From Stegostoma tigrinum (lineage: Eukaryota), in the NCBI RefSeq assembly GCF_030684315.1, contig NC_081391.1, forward strand, positions 26,412,888-26,476,887: a DNA stretch of 64,000 nucleotides, written 5' to 3'. Position numbers and translations under genes: made by a program. Shown one piece after another: positions 11,626 to 24,317 of the stretch. Below the pieces are notes generated by a model. It saw nothing but the letters and a program-made list of their open reading frames with translations. It was not told the DNA's origin and did no database searches. Numbering within the stretch: the stretch's first letter is position 1; the number at the start of each line of letters is the position of its first letter.

Positions 11626-11825
11626 NNNNNNNNNNNNNNNNNNNNNNNNNNNNNNNNNNNNNNNNNNNNNNNNNNNNNNNNNNNNNNNNNNNNNNNNNNN
11701 NNNNNNNNNNNNNNNNNNNNNNNNNNNNNNNNNNNNNNNNNNNNNNNNNNNNNNNNNNNNNNNNNNNNNNNNNNNNNNNNNNNNNNNNNNNNNNNNNNNN
11801 NNNNNNNNNNNNNNNNNNNNNNNNN
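11626..11825. other. Assembly gap (200 N, probably an arbitrary-size scaffolding gap) flanked by G-rich and C-rich low-complexity sequence
   Basis: Run of exactly 200 N; 11826-12300 is a poly-C-rich repeat. Confidence 1.
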
Positions 11826-12912
11826 AACCCCCACACGCCCCCCCCCCCACACGCCCCCCAACCCCACCCCCCCCCGCAACCCCCCCAACCCCCCCCCCCG
11901 CAACCCCGCAACCCCCTCCCCGCAACCCCCCCTGCCCTCCCCCGCAACCCCCCTGCCCTCCCCGCACCCCCCCCCCGCCCTCCCCGCACCCCCCCCCGCA
12001 CCCCCCCCCCCGCCCTCCCCCGCACCCTCCCCCGCACCCTCCCCGCACCCTCCCCGCACCCCTCCCCGCACCCTCCCCCGCACCCTCCCCCGCCCTCCCC
12101 GCCCTCCCCCGCAACACCCCCCCGCCCTCCCCCCGCCCTCCCCCCCCCGCCCTCCCCCCCGCCCCTCCCCCCGCCCTTCCCCCGCGCCCCTCCCCGCGCC
12201 CCCCCCACAACCCCCCCCCCCTCCCCCCCCACCCCAACCCTTCCTCCCCCCCCACCCCAACCCTTCCTCCCCCCCACCCCCAACCCTTCCTCCCCCCCTT
12301 ACTCCTAAGATGCTGCTTGGCCTGCTGTGTTCATCCACACTTTGTTATCTAAACTACCTAGAGTTCATTTTAAGTAGATTATTTTTAGGTAGGGTTTACC
12401 TCCCTTCTGCTACCTCAACACTGTCATTGGAAATTCAGGAATTACTGACTTTCCTTTTGGCGCTGCTAAGATTGGAGCCTTGCATACTGTGTCTTTTCCA
12501 AAGGAGTGAAGGTGGTATTAACCCTGGAGGAAGAATGGTAGTTTCATTGAGATAAGAATATGCTTTTCAGGAAATCAATGATGCCTGACTGGTTCACCAT
12601 AGGGAAAGAATTGTGGGAGATCTGGAGCAAGTCTTTTGAAATGAAGAATGCCTGATTTTGCAGTCGATAAAAGACAGTGGGGGTCGCATGTTTGTCAAAT
12701 GTTAATATGTGGCTGTTACAGGATATCTGATCAATGATAAATAAGTTAATGACTTTAAGTTTGTTCTTAAGAACCAGAATTAAACTAAAGGCCGTTGAGA
12801 AATGAGCAGGGAACAGGTTCAGGTGAAAAGAGCCTCTGGGCCGAATAATCTCTCTCAGCTCTGGAATTCTATTATAGCTTCTGCACAATAATAAGATTTT
12901 TTAAAATTTCAG

Positions 12913-13080
12913 ATTCATCATTGATCGGACAAATCGAGGAGCCGAGGGTTGTGAGAAGCCTCTAACCATCACAGAGCTTGGAGGTAAAGAGGATGAACTT
13001 TATAACCCTGAGGTAGAGCGTCTTGGAGCTTGTCTGCGTCAAATTGGGGATGAGCTCGACAGCAATGTGGAGTTACAGAG
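12913..13080 (+). CDS. BAX: Apoptosis regulator BAX, BH3 exon (FIIDRTNRG..ERLGACLRQIGDELDSNVELQR)
   Basis: aaatttcag| acceptor and AG|gtgaga donor. BH3 motif LRQIGDELD. Not in the ORF track. Confidence 0.93.
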
Positions 13081-14242
13081 GTGAGAATCAAGCCCATTGT
13101 CATGTATCCTTGCCCTACCACCTCGGTTCCCATTATTTACTAGACTTTTCATCATCTTACTGTCAGTTTATTCAAGTCTGTTTACACCATTGGGTGAATC
13201 AACTTTCAGTCAGCGGTTTCTTGGGGAGATGGAATTGGAAACCAAGTTCAGGCATCCACAGTCAGTAGATTAATGGGATTAAGCAGAACGACACACAATA
13301 CTCTAGCTGTACACTCACCACCTACTTATACAGTTCCAGCATAAGCTCCTGGTTCTTAAACTGTACGTCTCAACTCATAAAGGCAAGTCTACCATGTGCC
13401 TAAAATACTTTATCCCCCTGTCCCCTTACCTTCACAAACTGGTGTACATGCACACCAAAATCCCTCTGATCCATGGTGCTTCCCAGGGTCCTAACTTTCA
13501 TCGTGCATCCCCTTGCCTTGTTTGTCCTTGTGTAGTAACCAATCGTTTCAAAACACGGCAACACCACAGTAAGTTCCCCTCAAGCCACTTGCCATCCTGA
13601 CTTGGAAATATGTTGGCTGTTCCTGGGTGAAAAATCCTCCCTAACATTGTTCAGATTGTCCTTTAATCCCAAGTATTGCATTGGTTCAAGAAGGTGGCTC
13701 GCACCCACCTTCTTGAGGGCAATTAGGGATGGGCACTAAATGCTGTCCCAGCCAGGGGTACCCCCATTTTGTGAACTAATTTTTAAAAAGTTGATGCAAA
13801 TGACCCAACTAATGGTATTTACAAGTTGCTTGATTTAAGGTCAAATTTTTTTTGCAGACTGAATTTGTGGATTGTCTGTTCTGCACGATCAATGAGTGGG
13901 ATCCTGTGAGACTTCTGTTTTTTGGTTTTGTATAAAGTGTTGCATTGAGTAATATTACAAACTTGGCAGTCCCACAGCATATGAACCTTTCTAGCCTTGT
14001 GTTCTGGAACCTGCTGCTCACTAACACTCATAACCTTGTGATCAGACCTTACAACAGGGAGGCAAATAAAGCCTTAAAAAGTGAAGGAAACACTCACCAG
14101 AATGCTGAACAATGCAGCAGATATGATCTAATGCTCTTGTGGTTGTGAATTTCTCATCTCAGTTTCAGCCTTGCATCCTGTTATCTAATCTGTTTGGTTA
14201 AAATAGTCAGCACAGTTAATTTGAAGTTTCTCCTACGCACAG

Positions 14243-14378
14243 GATGATCGAAAACATTGGCAACCAATGCCCGAAGGAAATGTTTTTCAGAGTGGCCAAG
14301 GAACAGTTTGCTGATGGAGTCATCAACTGGGGGAGAGTAGTGACACTTTTCTACTTTGCCTGCAAGCTGGTCGTGAAG
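14243..14378 (+). CDS. BAX: BAX BH1 exon (MIENIG..FFRVAKEQFADGVINWGRVVTLFYFACKLVVK)
   Basis: NWGR BH1 motif; 136 bp, phase 2-0; canonical splice sites. Confidence 0.96.
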
Positions 14379-15443
14379 GTACAGCTACTGTCTGAAGGGG
14401 TGGGCAGGGGAAACATTGAAATACTGGAAAATGAACTAACCTGTACTCTGAGCTAACAAGGTGTAGAGCTGGATGAACACAGGTCTAGCAGTATCAGAGG
14501 AGCAGGAAGGTTGAAGCTCTGTACCCTGCAGCCTTTGGGATAGGACATCCAGGTTGCTATGTTACCAGAGTGCTGGCCAAAGTATTCATCATATGAAACT
14601 GGCCGTAATTCTCAGTTAACCAAGCATTCTGTATCAGTCATAGAGAGACACTGGAAGTAGAAGGAATAATTTCAAGTGTGAAAGGGTCAGAATGTTAGAG
14701 AAGTACTAGCTCTTTAATCTAAAGAAAAAGATTAGAGAAACACTAAACCATATCAAATACTAAATTCTATTGTCTACGAAACAAATCCAAAATATTACCT
14801 CAAAGTAAATGGGTACAAAATAAGTGAAAAGTAGGTTTACAGAGGGTGTTGAGAGTTGTTGGGATGGTAGAGTGTAGGGTACAAGAGGTTACTGTGGACC
14901 AGGCTGATGATGATTGTTCTGGATTCGTTGTTACTTGTTTTAATGTGGTGCGTGTGGGCGATGGGATTGTTTTTTGAGCTCTGCTACTTGTGACATCTGT
15001 AATTTATCTGAGAAATTAATCTCTAGTGATTGGTGCTGTGCCCTTTTGTTCTGTGTAGAGTGCAGTAATACTTTGCTCACCACACTGGGACATTTGGAGG
15101 GCAGTAGTTGGCTGGAAATTGCTCTACACCAACTTTGTTGCTATTGTACCCAGCAGTTTAGAGAGTACATTTACAGCTGGATGAAGTAGTAAGCTGAGGA
15201 AACTGGAGAATTGCCAGAACTTTTGATCTCTGTTCCACTGATTTATTATTAACAGGATCGGTATCAGAATACAGTCAGTCATCTGGAATTTGGATTAATC
15301 GTCAAGTTAGAGGGTGTGTCAGATTCCTTTAAGCAGCTGGCTAGTTACCAGAGCAAGTTAGAATTGCAGCATTTGAAAATGTTTCATGACCTCCAGTTAC
15401 CCCAAACTCTCACTTTGGCCATTGGTCACCCCATACATAAATT

Positions 15444-15621
15444 TTGGATGTGAGTTTGCTCGCTGAGCTGGAAGGTTAGTTTTTGGACGTTTCGTCACCA
15501 TTCTAGGTAACATCATCAGTGAGCCTCCGACGAAGCGCTGGTGTTATGTCCCGCTTTCTGTTTATCTGGTTAGGTTTCCTTGAGTTGGTGATGTCATTTC
15601 CTGCGTTGGTGATGTCATTTC
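15444..15621 (-). mobile_element. Second Penelope-like family terminal fragment with hammerhead core, in a BAX intron
   Basis: Minus strand reads CTGATGA-T-GTTACC-tagaat-GGTGAC-GAAACGTC; cataaatt occurs on both flanks. Confidence 0.65.
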
Positions 15622-16085
15622 CATAAATTCTTCCTGTCTGTAGTGACTCTGCCAATTAAAATGTTAAAGTTAATAGTATTTCAATGATGTCACTTCCCTG
15701 GTTTGTATCAGACTCCAGGACAATGCCAGACGTTAGTAATCCTTGGGTAGGCAGGTTTCTTCTGCAGTTGGTAACAAATAGCCCTACAGCTCAGTACACA
15801 GTGGTACTGTGGTACAATACACAGGGTATGGTGGACGTGGCTCAGGGCAGGTTGTGGATCTCTTTTAATGGTGAAAGTCTAATACCAAGCATTTCAGCTT
15901 CCTAGATTATTAATTTCTGCTGAATTTCACACTGAACCCACCCTATTCACTTCTAAAAGCACCTGTTATTTCACATTAAGAATGGGACTATGTGCAGCAA
16001 GATTGACTTTAGAAAAGCCCTTATTTTAGCACATTGAAATATCCCTTTATATTGTTCATCAACTGAATGGTATAACAATTTATAG

Positions 16086-16190
16086 GCCTTTTGTCAGAAA
16101 ATTCCGGAACTGATCCAGACTATAATCGGCTGGACTATGGAATATATCCAGGAGAATATTTTGCGCTGGATTCGGGACCATGGCGGTTGG
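16086..16190 (+). CDS. BAX: BAX BH2 exon (AFCQKIPELIQTIIGWTMEYIQENILRWIRDHGGW)
   Basis: WIxxxGGW BH2 motif; 105 bp; tatag| acceptor and |gtgagt donor. Confidence 0.95.
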
Positions 16191-16739
16191 GTGAGTCCTC
16201 AAGTGTTCCATTGAATTTAAGCAAAAATGCATGATGTAACATTACCTTGTTCATACCCTCTCCTGTAGTTTGGTTCATAATACGCTCAATGACTGCCTAG
16301 CAATACTAGCCCCTTCAGTGAAATGTGATACCTCCAACATTATAACTGGATAGTGCTCTGTAGGTTGTGTTTAGTCACGGGAGTTCAATATTGTTCACAT
16401 CCATCTCTCATTGGAATAGGCAGCAGTGAAAACGGAGTTTCCTAGACTTTAAAATATTACCGTTACATAGAGAGATCTTGTTATTAGGTTTTAAACATTC
16501 AAGAGATGTTGACCTAGTCATCGGATGTGGTCTCCCCAGTGCCCTCGTTGGCTGAAGCCTACCCAGCCACTCTGAATAGTGAATAAAAACCAAAAGAACT
16601 GAGGATGCTGTGAATCAGGAGCAAAAACAATGTTGCTGGTAAAGCTCAACAGGTCTGGCAGCATCTGTGAAGGAGAAAACAGAATTAACAGTTCAGGTGA
16701 CCCTTCCTCAGAACCCCGAATAGTGAGTTGCTGTATCAG

Positions 16740-16925
16740 TACTGATGGTGTGATGCTCCCTCAGCACTAGTCTTTCAACAGTGCAAAGGTCCCTCAGCAA
16801 TGACTCCCCTATACTGCAGTACTGACCTTCCAATAGTGCAGCATTCCACCAGTATGCACCTTCCAGTGGTGTGGTGCTTGCTGAGCACCAACTCTCTGGT
16901 GCAACAGTTCCTCAGAACTGCGTAT
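16740..16925. repeat. Degenerate ~33-bp tandem repeat (gtgcagcactccctcagtactgacc-like)
   Basis: About 5 diverged units visible. Confidence 0.6.
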
Positions 16926-17073
16926 TTGAGTGGTTTATGTATCTGGATGGGACTTGCACCTCTGAACTTGTGACTTGAAGTTGAAAGTGTTCCAATGAAG
17001 TAAGACAAGCAAATGAATTAAGAGCAGCAGCAGTGCATTCAGCCCTGTGAGCCTGGTGCCCCATTCAATAATA

Positions 17074-17400
17074 GGGCGGCATGGTGGCTTCGTGGTTAGC
17101 ATTGATGCCTCACAGCACCAGGGACCTGGGCTCAGTTCCACCCTTGGGTGACTGTGGAGTTTGCACATTCTCCCTCTGTCTACGTGGGTTTTCTCTGGGT
17201 GCTCCAGTTTCCTCCCACAGTCCAAAGATGTGCAGGCTAGGTGGATTGGCCGTGCTAAATTGCCCATAGTGTCCAGGGACGTCCAGGTTAGGTGAGTTAG
17301 AGGTGGGGAAGTGCTGGAGTAGGGGTTTGAATCAGGGTGGGATGCTCTTCAGAGTGGCGGTGTGGACTTGTTGGGCCGGTTTCCATACTGTGGGGACTGT
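17074..17400 (+). mobile_element. tRNA-derived SINE (HE1/V-SINE-like)
   Basis: Head ggcggcatggtggcttcgtggttagc; body tggagtttgcacattctcc..cagtccaaagatgtgcagg; matches 23351, 30070 and 60637. Confidence 0.85.
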
Positions 17401-18372
17401 GAGATCATGGCTGATCTGATTGTAACCACAAATCCACATTTCAGCCTCTTCTAACAACCTTTGAACTCCTTTCTTAACACGAATTTGTCTATCCTGTCTT
17501 AATATTCAAGGGTTCTACTTCTGTCCCGAAATGTTAACTCTGATTTCTCTCCACAGATGCTGCCAGACCTGTGTTTTTCCAGCAATTTCAGTTTTTGGTT
17601 TTACTTCCACCACCTTTTCAGGAAGGGAGCTCCAAAAGCTCAACCCTCTGAGAGGGGGAAAAAAAACAATTCGTGTTTTAAATGAGCACTCCTGATTTTT
17701 AAATAGTGACCCGTTCTTCTCAATCCTCCAGTAAGAGGAAACATCCTTTCCTCATGCACCCTGTCAGGAACTCTCAGGATCTTGTTACAATTACATCGCT
17801 GCTTACTGTGCAGATACGAGTCGAACCAAACTGGATAACCTCGTTCCAGATGTTAATCCAACAAATCTTCTGTGCACTGCCTTCAATGCACTTACGTCCT
17901 TCCTTAAACAAGGAGACTTATACTGTACACACATTCCAGATATGGTCCCTCCAGTTCCCTCTATACCTGAAGTATAACCTCCACACTTTTGTGTTCATTT
18001 TCCCCACATGAGAATCATGCTGGATGTTGCCCAAACCTGCGAGATGAACTGATTATTGATCACCTTTTCCAGTTAGCTTTGGGTTTATTAAAGAAGAATT
18101 GAATGCATGAGTGGTATCTTAATTGTTATCAATCTTGAGATAAGATGCTAATCATATACTGACGCTGTGTGCTGGCTGCACTTTGCCCAGCTGAGGAAGC
18201 TGTTAAGATTAATTACACCTTCTATCACCTTGACCTTTACAGTAGAGATTAAGGGCAGGTTGCAGACAGCTGACGCTGGCATAATTTGTTTGGAGACATT
18301 TATCAAAAGGCTACAATGGAAATTTCTCCTTCCTTTTGTCTAATCTATTTTTTTGTTGGCATTGTTTAACAG

Positions 18373-18468
18373 GAAGCTATACTGGGTACACCGACTTGGC
18401 AAGCTTTTGGCATCTTCACTCTGGGAGTCATCACCACTCTGGTGGTGGTGCGTTGGAAATCTTCCTAG
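18373..18468 (+). CDS. BAX: BAX terminal exon, TM helix alpha9 (EAILGTPTWQAFGIFTLGVITTLVVVRWKSS*)
   Basis: Acceptor tgtttaacag; BAX-specific GTPTWQ, hydrophobic tail, basic residues, TAG stop. Confidence 0.93.
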   Translation, partial: EAILGTPTWQAFGIFTLGVITTLVVVRWKSS

Positions 18469-21400
18469 AGCCATGCTCTGAGCCCAGGCAAGCAGCAGAT
18501 AGGTGAAGGGACCCTGCTGGTGTGGGCCATCTCCTAACCAAGGCCATCGAAGCAGAATCCAGCAATCTGAGTTCGGTTTAAGCAGAAATCCCCTCAGCCA
18601 GGCTTCTGAGGATGGGGTGGGTTCTCTATGATTGAGAGATTCCATGTGGATTCATTACGTGGAAGAAGTGGCTTTTGTACTGAGCACTGGATGTGAGTTT
18701 ATTGGAAACTGCACATGCTTTTACTAGGTGGAAGGGGCAGAGGGAATAAGTGGCAAGGCCGCGGGTTAGGCAATGGGAGCAGTGTCAGTTTTAGCTGTCA
18801 GCTCTGAATAGTCTTATGGTGTTTTTTTTCTTACAGATGGGTTTTCAGTCTGTAGTGACGCACTGATTGTGTTAAAGTCACTTTATAAGTAAAAGACTAC
18901 TTATCAGCTCAGATGTGGTCCAGTACATGAATGCTGATACACTGGGCATTGATTAGCAATAAACTGTCTATCATTCAAGGCACATGGAGACTCAGCTGCT
19001 ATTTAGAGATCCCAGCCTTCAATTTAACTGAACACATTCCTGTTAATTCACTTCAACCCACAGTGTCTGTTGTTTGCTCTAGGCATTGTTTGGTTGCAAG
19101 AGTTTTGAGTTTTACAATGTGAAGGAGCCATTTTAGAACACTCAGATGTATTCTGCATGATGTGAAATGATTGACAATCATACGCACTTATCCTTTTAGG
19201 TTTTACTTGTGGAGCAAGGGTATGGGCTTGCCTTGTGATCTGGCCTGTGAGGGTTTGTCATTCAGACAGCAGCTGTGATTAGACTATTGACCTTTACCTC
19301 CTTCAGATTAAGTAATTAAACATTGCCAATGTGACAGAATTTTTAAACCAGCTGAAGAAAATGAAAATTTTATACATTATTGCTGAAGTGTCCATTTACT
19401 TGCAATGAAGTAAGTCATAGTATAATCACAACACAGGAGGCCATTCATCCTTTTGAGCCCGTGCCACCTTATGTCAAGCAGTACAATCAGCTCTATCACC
19501 CCTTCTGTATCCTAATTCTTTTGTTTACAGCCACCAAATTACCCATGTTTCTAAGTAAAATATTGAATTCTCTCTAACTTTAGATTTGCAAGTTTATTTT
19601 ACCCACTTGCTCTTCGCATTTCCTTTCGATTGCCTTCACTTATTTCACCCAGATGGACAGTAAGACTCACTGAATAAACCAAGGTCAGCTTCTCATTTCC
19701 GAATCCTGAAATCTGAGCCCCTTTTGTACCGTTGGCTAAAACCTTTTCTTTATCTACTGTATCTAAGATTGACATAATCTTGCACACTTGTCATAATCCC
19801 CTTCAGTCTCCTCCAAGAACATCTACAATTTCACAAAACTAACTAGCTAAATCCCAAAACCAGGAACCATTGTGGTAAATTTCCCCAGAACCTTTTCAGG
19901 ACCCTCATGTCCTTGCTAAAATATGGTGTTCAGAATACCCAATACTCTAGCTTGTGTCTGGTTGGAGGTTTAAAAGGGTTAAGCATAACCTTTTTATGCC
20001 CACTTCCTCTATTTATGAAGTTCAAGATCTCAGATGCTTTTTTGATTACTTTCCAATAGATTCAGCCACCTTAAAATTGATGCATATGTCTCTCTATGTG
20101 CTCTAAACCTGTGCCGTTGAGCCCAGGGATGTTTAGGTTAGGTGGGTTAGACATGGAGAAATGCTGGAGTACAGGTTTGACTGAGGGTGGGATGCTGTTC
20201 GGAGTGGCGGATGGATCATTTCACAGGCTGTATTAAGTTCCAGCTGCCAATGGTTGCAGTCATAGTGTGCTGGCATTTGTTCTAACATTGTCAGTTGATC
20301 AGTCACAGTTTAGGACTACACAGACTAAATTATCCCAGTTTAGGTCAGATTTTCCCCCTCCTTAACCCCTTGTTCATCTGCCTCCTGAAGTAGTGGAACA
20401 TGAGAAATATCATCTGCTTTGTCTCTTTTTGTGCAATCCCTCTCTTCCCCTACGTAACTAGCATTGTGCAATTTGCCCAGCAGTGGCCTGCAGCATAATC
20501 CCTGTCTGTCCTGTTGGGGAGGGAGAAGTTTAGCGTTAATTACAGTGTAAGTGACCTGGACCTGCTAGTTGCTGCTGGTACTCTGACTTTCTGTCTATTG
20601 TGCATCCACGGTGAGAACAGCAGTTCGTGAGGGTTATTTAGAACGATAACAGTAGAAGTTTTTTAAAATTTATTTTCCTTTTTAGCTTATGATTGGATCA
20701 CTGGAGGAAGGGGAGGATTACATTGGCTGCTGAGGAGTGGGGGAATATTGTAGCACAGACTTGTCAGCCAAATTAAGAAAAGGATGGTTTATTTCTCTGC
20801 AGATAAATGATACCTGAGAAAGATCTAGATATGGACTGCATTAAAAACTAAAGTCTTCGGGTATTGAATTAGCATCATCTCCCATGCAGTCACTTCACCT
20901 GTTTAAAACCATGTCTTCATTTCCAATCGATCGTCCAATCCCTGCTTGAACAGTCCACACCCAACAGTTTTGCTCCCTCAGACACTTAGTGCCTGTTCTA
21001 GATGATGGCTTCATGTTTGTTTGCCTCAGTCAGTGATACTGTCACCTCATACAACAGAAGGCCATAGTTAAAACCACATTCTGATCCTCCAATCCTGTAG
21101 GAGTGCAACATTATTAGAAAAGTCTCCTTTTTTTGGTAAATGTTGGCACCAATCTTAAAGTAAGACATTCTCTTTCTGTCCTGTCTTCCTGGCTGGATTT
21201 TGTGTGGTCTTTTAGTTGTCCCATTTATGTCAAGTCAAGATGAGCTAAGCTCTCTCAAGGTTTATCTACATTTGAGACCTCAAGCCACAATCTAGAATTG
21301 TCTGTCTTTTTTAAAAAAGCCTCTGATACCTCTGCCTACATGTTATGCCTTCTGTACTGCAGGGTGAAGTGCATGTCCTCCTGATACCTAATCCAATGCT

Positions 21401-23350
21401 CGAGTTCCCTGCAAGTTGGCTCAGTGTTTCTTTGCTTTAAAAGTGTGCTGGGCTGGGTAGGCAATGAATGCTTCATAAGTCACACTGCTTCCTTGGTTGA
21501 GCAGAGCAAAGAGAACTCAGCTTTTACTTCCTCTGCCAATTCATTAAATGTTCGAGGGATCCAAAGCTGAGATAAGATCCATTGCAGGTATATCCATATT
21601 CAGACATTAATAGATATTGAACACTTAATGTCTCTTCCAGAAGCCTTTATCTTCAATATGTTAAAAATGATTTAGATAAATGAACTCAGTCTGATGCATT
21701 TGTGCAGTAACTGATGCAAGAAAATGTCACCTTTAACGTGCTGAGTGATTGCAGACCCATACACCCTGTAAAATGAGTCCATCCCAGAAAAGTACATTTG
21801 ATTGTAGCGCTCCAACCAGGGAAACCTTGAGATGGTTGGAACCTAAAGATTGGGCATGGGTGGAATGAGCGCAAGCCCACCTTTGTCTTTCTTACCGGCA
21901 GCTGAATATCCGGTCTGTATCAGTTTACTCCTGGTCTGCTATTGCTCTGAAGCTGGTTTTGTAGCAAAGATTTCATTCTGTTGCCTTATCTTTTCATATA
22001 AAAAAAGTGAAATTATGTTAAATTATGGTATCTCAGAAGCAATGAATTTTGTTCTTTTTGACTTCCATTGCATCTTTTTAACTAATGGAAATCCTTGAGC
22101 CAGGCCCTGAATGGGTTACATTATTGGTGCTGTTTCTGAGATGTGAAATGTGCTTGGGCTGCAGCGAGCTGCTTTGTGTTGTGTGTAGCTCTCTGCCTTG
22201 CATGTGGTTTGGTCTCTGCACAAAGTGCCTCACTGTTGAACCTGCCCTGTTCCGGTCTTAGGACTCGCCTCTTCATCCGTGCTTCAATCTTGTGACTCGT
22301 TTAAATGTATGACTAAACAAGGCATTGGTGTCCTAATTATCCTTTGTGGGATAATTGTCGAATTGTCTTTGACATGTCTTAACTTGGCGATTTTATGATC
22401 TTGTATTAAATTGTTTGTTTCTGGGTGTGGCTGAATGTGATACAACCACTGACTGGCAGCATCCATAGGAAATAGTTTGCAATGAAGAAAGATGCTTTTT
22501 CAGAGGGAGGTGACCATCAGATCTATTAACACTTCCCAAGATAATCAGGTTTTATACCCATTTTATAATGTGTAATTCTTCCAATCTGTTTCTCACCCTT
22601 GCTGTGCCTCACTTCAGTATGGTTTCTGACTGTCACTGGATCCTCTCCTATTATAGCTATATGACATTTGCACAGATTGGGGTCAAACCCACAACTTTCC
22701 TGATTGGCAAGTATGCAGGCACCGACCTCTCTTAAAAATGGTGTGTATTCTGACACAATCCTTGAGCAGTTATAAACTGGCACTGAGGTGGCTGTGACCT
22801 GCAGTGCTAACAGTAATTTGGGATTGTTGCATTGTGCTGTGGTTTCACTGTTCAGCACCCTGTATCTGAGGTATGACGTCTTCAAGCTGAACTGTAAAAG
22901 CTTTTAAAATGTCATGTAGAAATGTGAGTGACATACTTTTAGGATTCATTGCCAGGGAATTCTCTTTTTTTCACGCTGTTAATATATAAACTACTACTTG
23001 AATGTTATCAAAGGGCTGTTTTTCTACTATCATACATTTCTTACTTTTTGATTTTTTTTCAGAATAAACAATAACTTTAAAAAGCACAATTGAGTGGTTC
23101 CTTTTACTACCACATGTATCTTCTCTAGGAATTCATTCTCCCAATCTCAGACTGACAATTTTTTTCCCCAGGTATTTCAATCCTGCATGGAAAAGAGGGA
23201 ATTCCAACAGACCCTAACCCAGGAAAATAAATCAGGCTGCTGGATTCCAAGTGTGAATGCTGAGGGAGCACCAGAGTTCTGAACAGAAAAGTGCTACTTG
23301 TGGTCAATCAGTGTTGATGCAAATGGGTGAAGCGTAGATTAGATTCACAG

Positions 23351-23645
23351 GACCAACAATACACCCATCAGGGCTGGCACGGTGGCTCAATGGTTAGCAC
23401 TGTTGCCTCACCACACCAGGGACCTGGGTTCGATTCCACCGTTGGGCAACTGTCTGCGTGGGCTTCCTTCGTGTACTCCGGTTTCCTGCCACAGTCCAAA
23501 GGTGTGCAGGTTGGCAGGATTAGCCATGCTGAATTGCTCATATTGTTCACGGATGTGTAGATTAGGCGGATGGGTCTGGGTCAGTGTGGACTTGTTCAGC
23601 TGGAGGGCCTGTTTCCTCACTGTAGGGATTTTATGATTTTATGAA
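23351..23645 (+). mobile_element. tRNA-derived SINE (HE1/V-SINE-like)
   Basis: A box tggctcaatgg and B box ggttcgattcc; same body as the other copies. Confidence 0.85.
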
Positions 23646-24317
23646 AATGTTAAATTAAGCAAACTACACTTTTGATTTCCAGCATTCAAGGACAGGGGAT
23701 AACCATGTAGGTCAGGAAGCATCTCTAGAGACAGAAAGAGCAAAAGTTTGAAGTAGAATCTGACTGTTCACATCTGAAGGAATTTAGAAATCTTTTCCCC
23801 CCTATTGCTCAGAGGAGGAAGGGAAGCAGAGGAAAAGAAGAAAAAGAAATAGTACTAGCAATGGTCGTAAAGAAACAAAGCATTCACCCAGAGTGAGTGC
23901 TAATGGTAGGATTATGGACAGCCTGCTCTAAAAGTAAAAACAAGGAACAGACTGGACCTTGATGAACAGAGTTGATGTTTGGAGTTATCTAGAAGGTTGG
24001 TCAGCATTTTAATTTCCCCAAAAAATATACTTTATTCATAAAATTAGTTCTCAAAACATGAACTTGAATATTACAGAATTTGCAGTGAAATTCAACTTGT
24101 CCCCAAAGAACATGTTCCATTTCATAAAGTGTAATTATCTGATGTTTACCAGTCCCATTCTATGGCAGATATACAGATGATGGGCAAAAAACATTTCAAA
24201 ATAGAAATTACCAGAAGTGCAACAGAAACAATTTTTCTTTGTACACCATATTCTACCATGAAATGCCCCAAAGCATATTCAACACTCCTGATTTACAACA
24301 TGTATTCTTGTAAGGCA

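Noticed and set aside
11176-12555. Long Gly- or Pro-rich ORFs
   Set aside because: They span an N gap and poly-C/G low-complexity sequence.
22370-22390. p53 response element near BAX (tgacatgtct taacttggcg)
   Set aside because: Several mismatches to RRRCWWGYYY x2; expected by chance.
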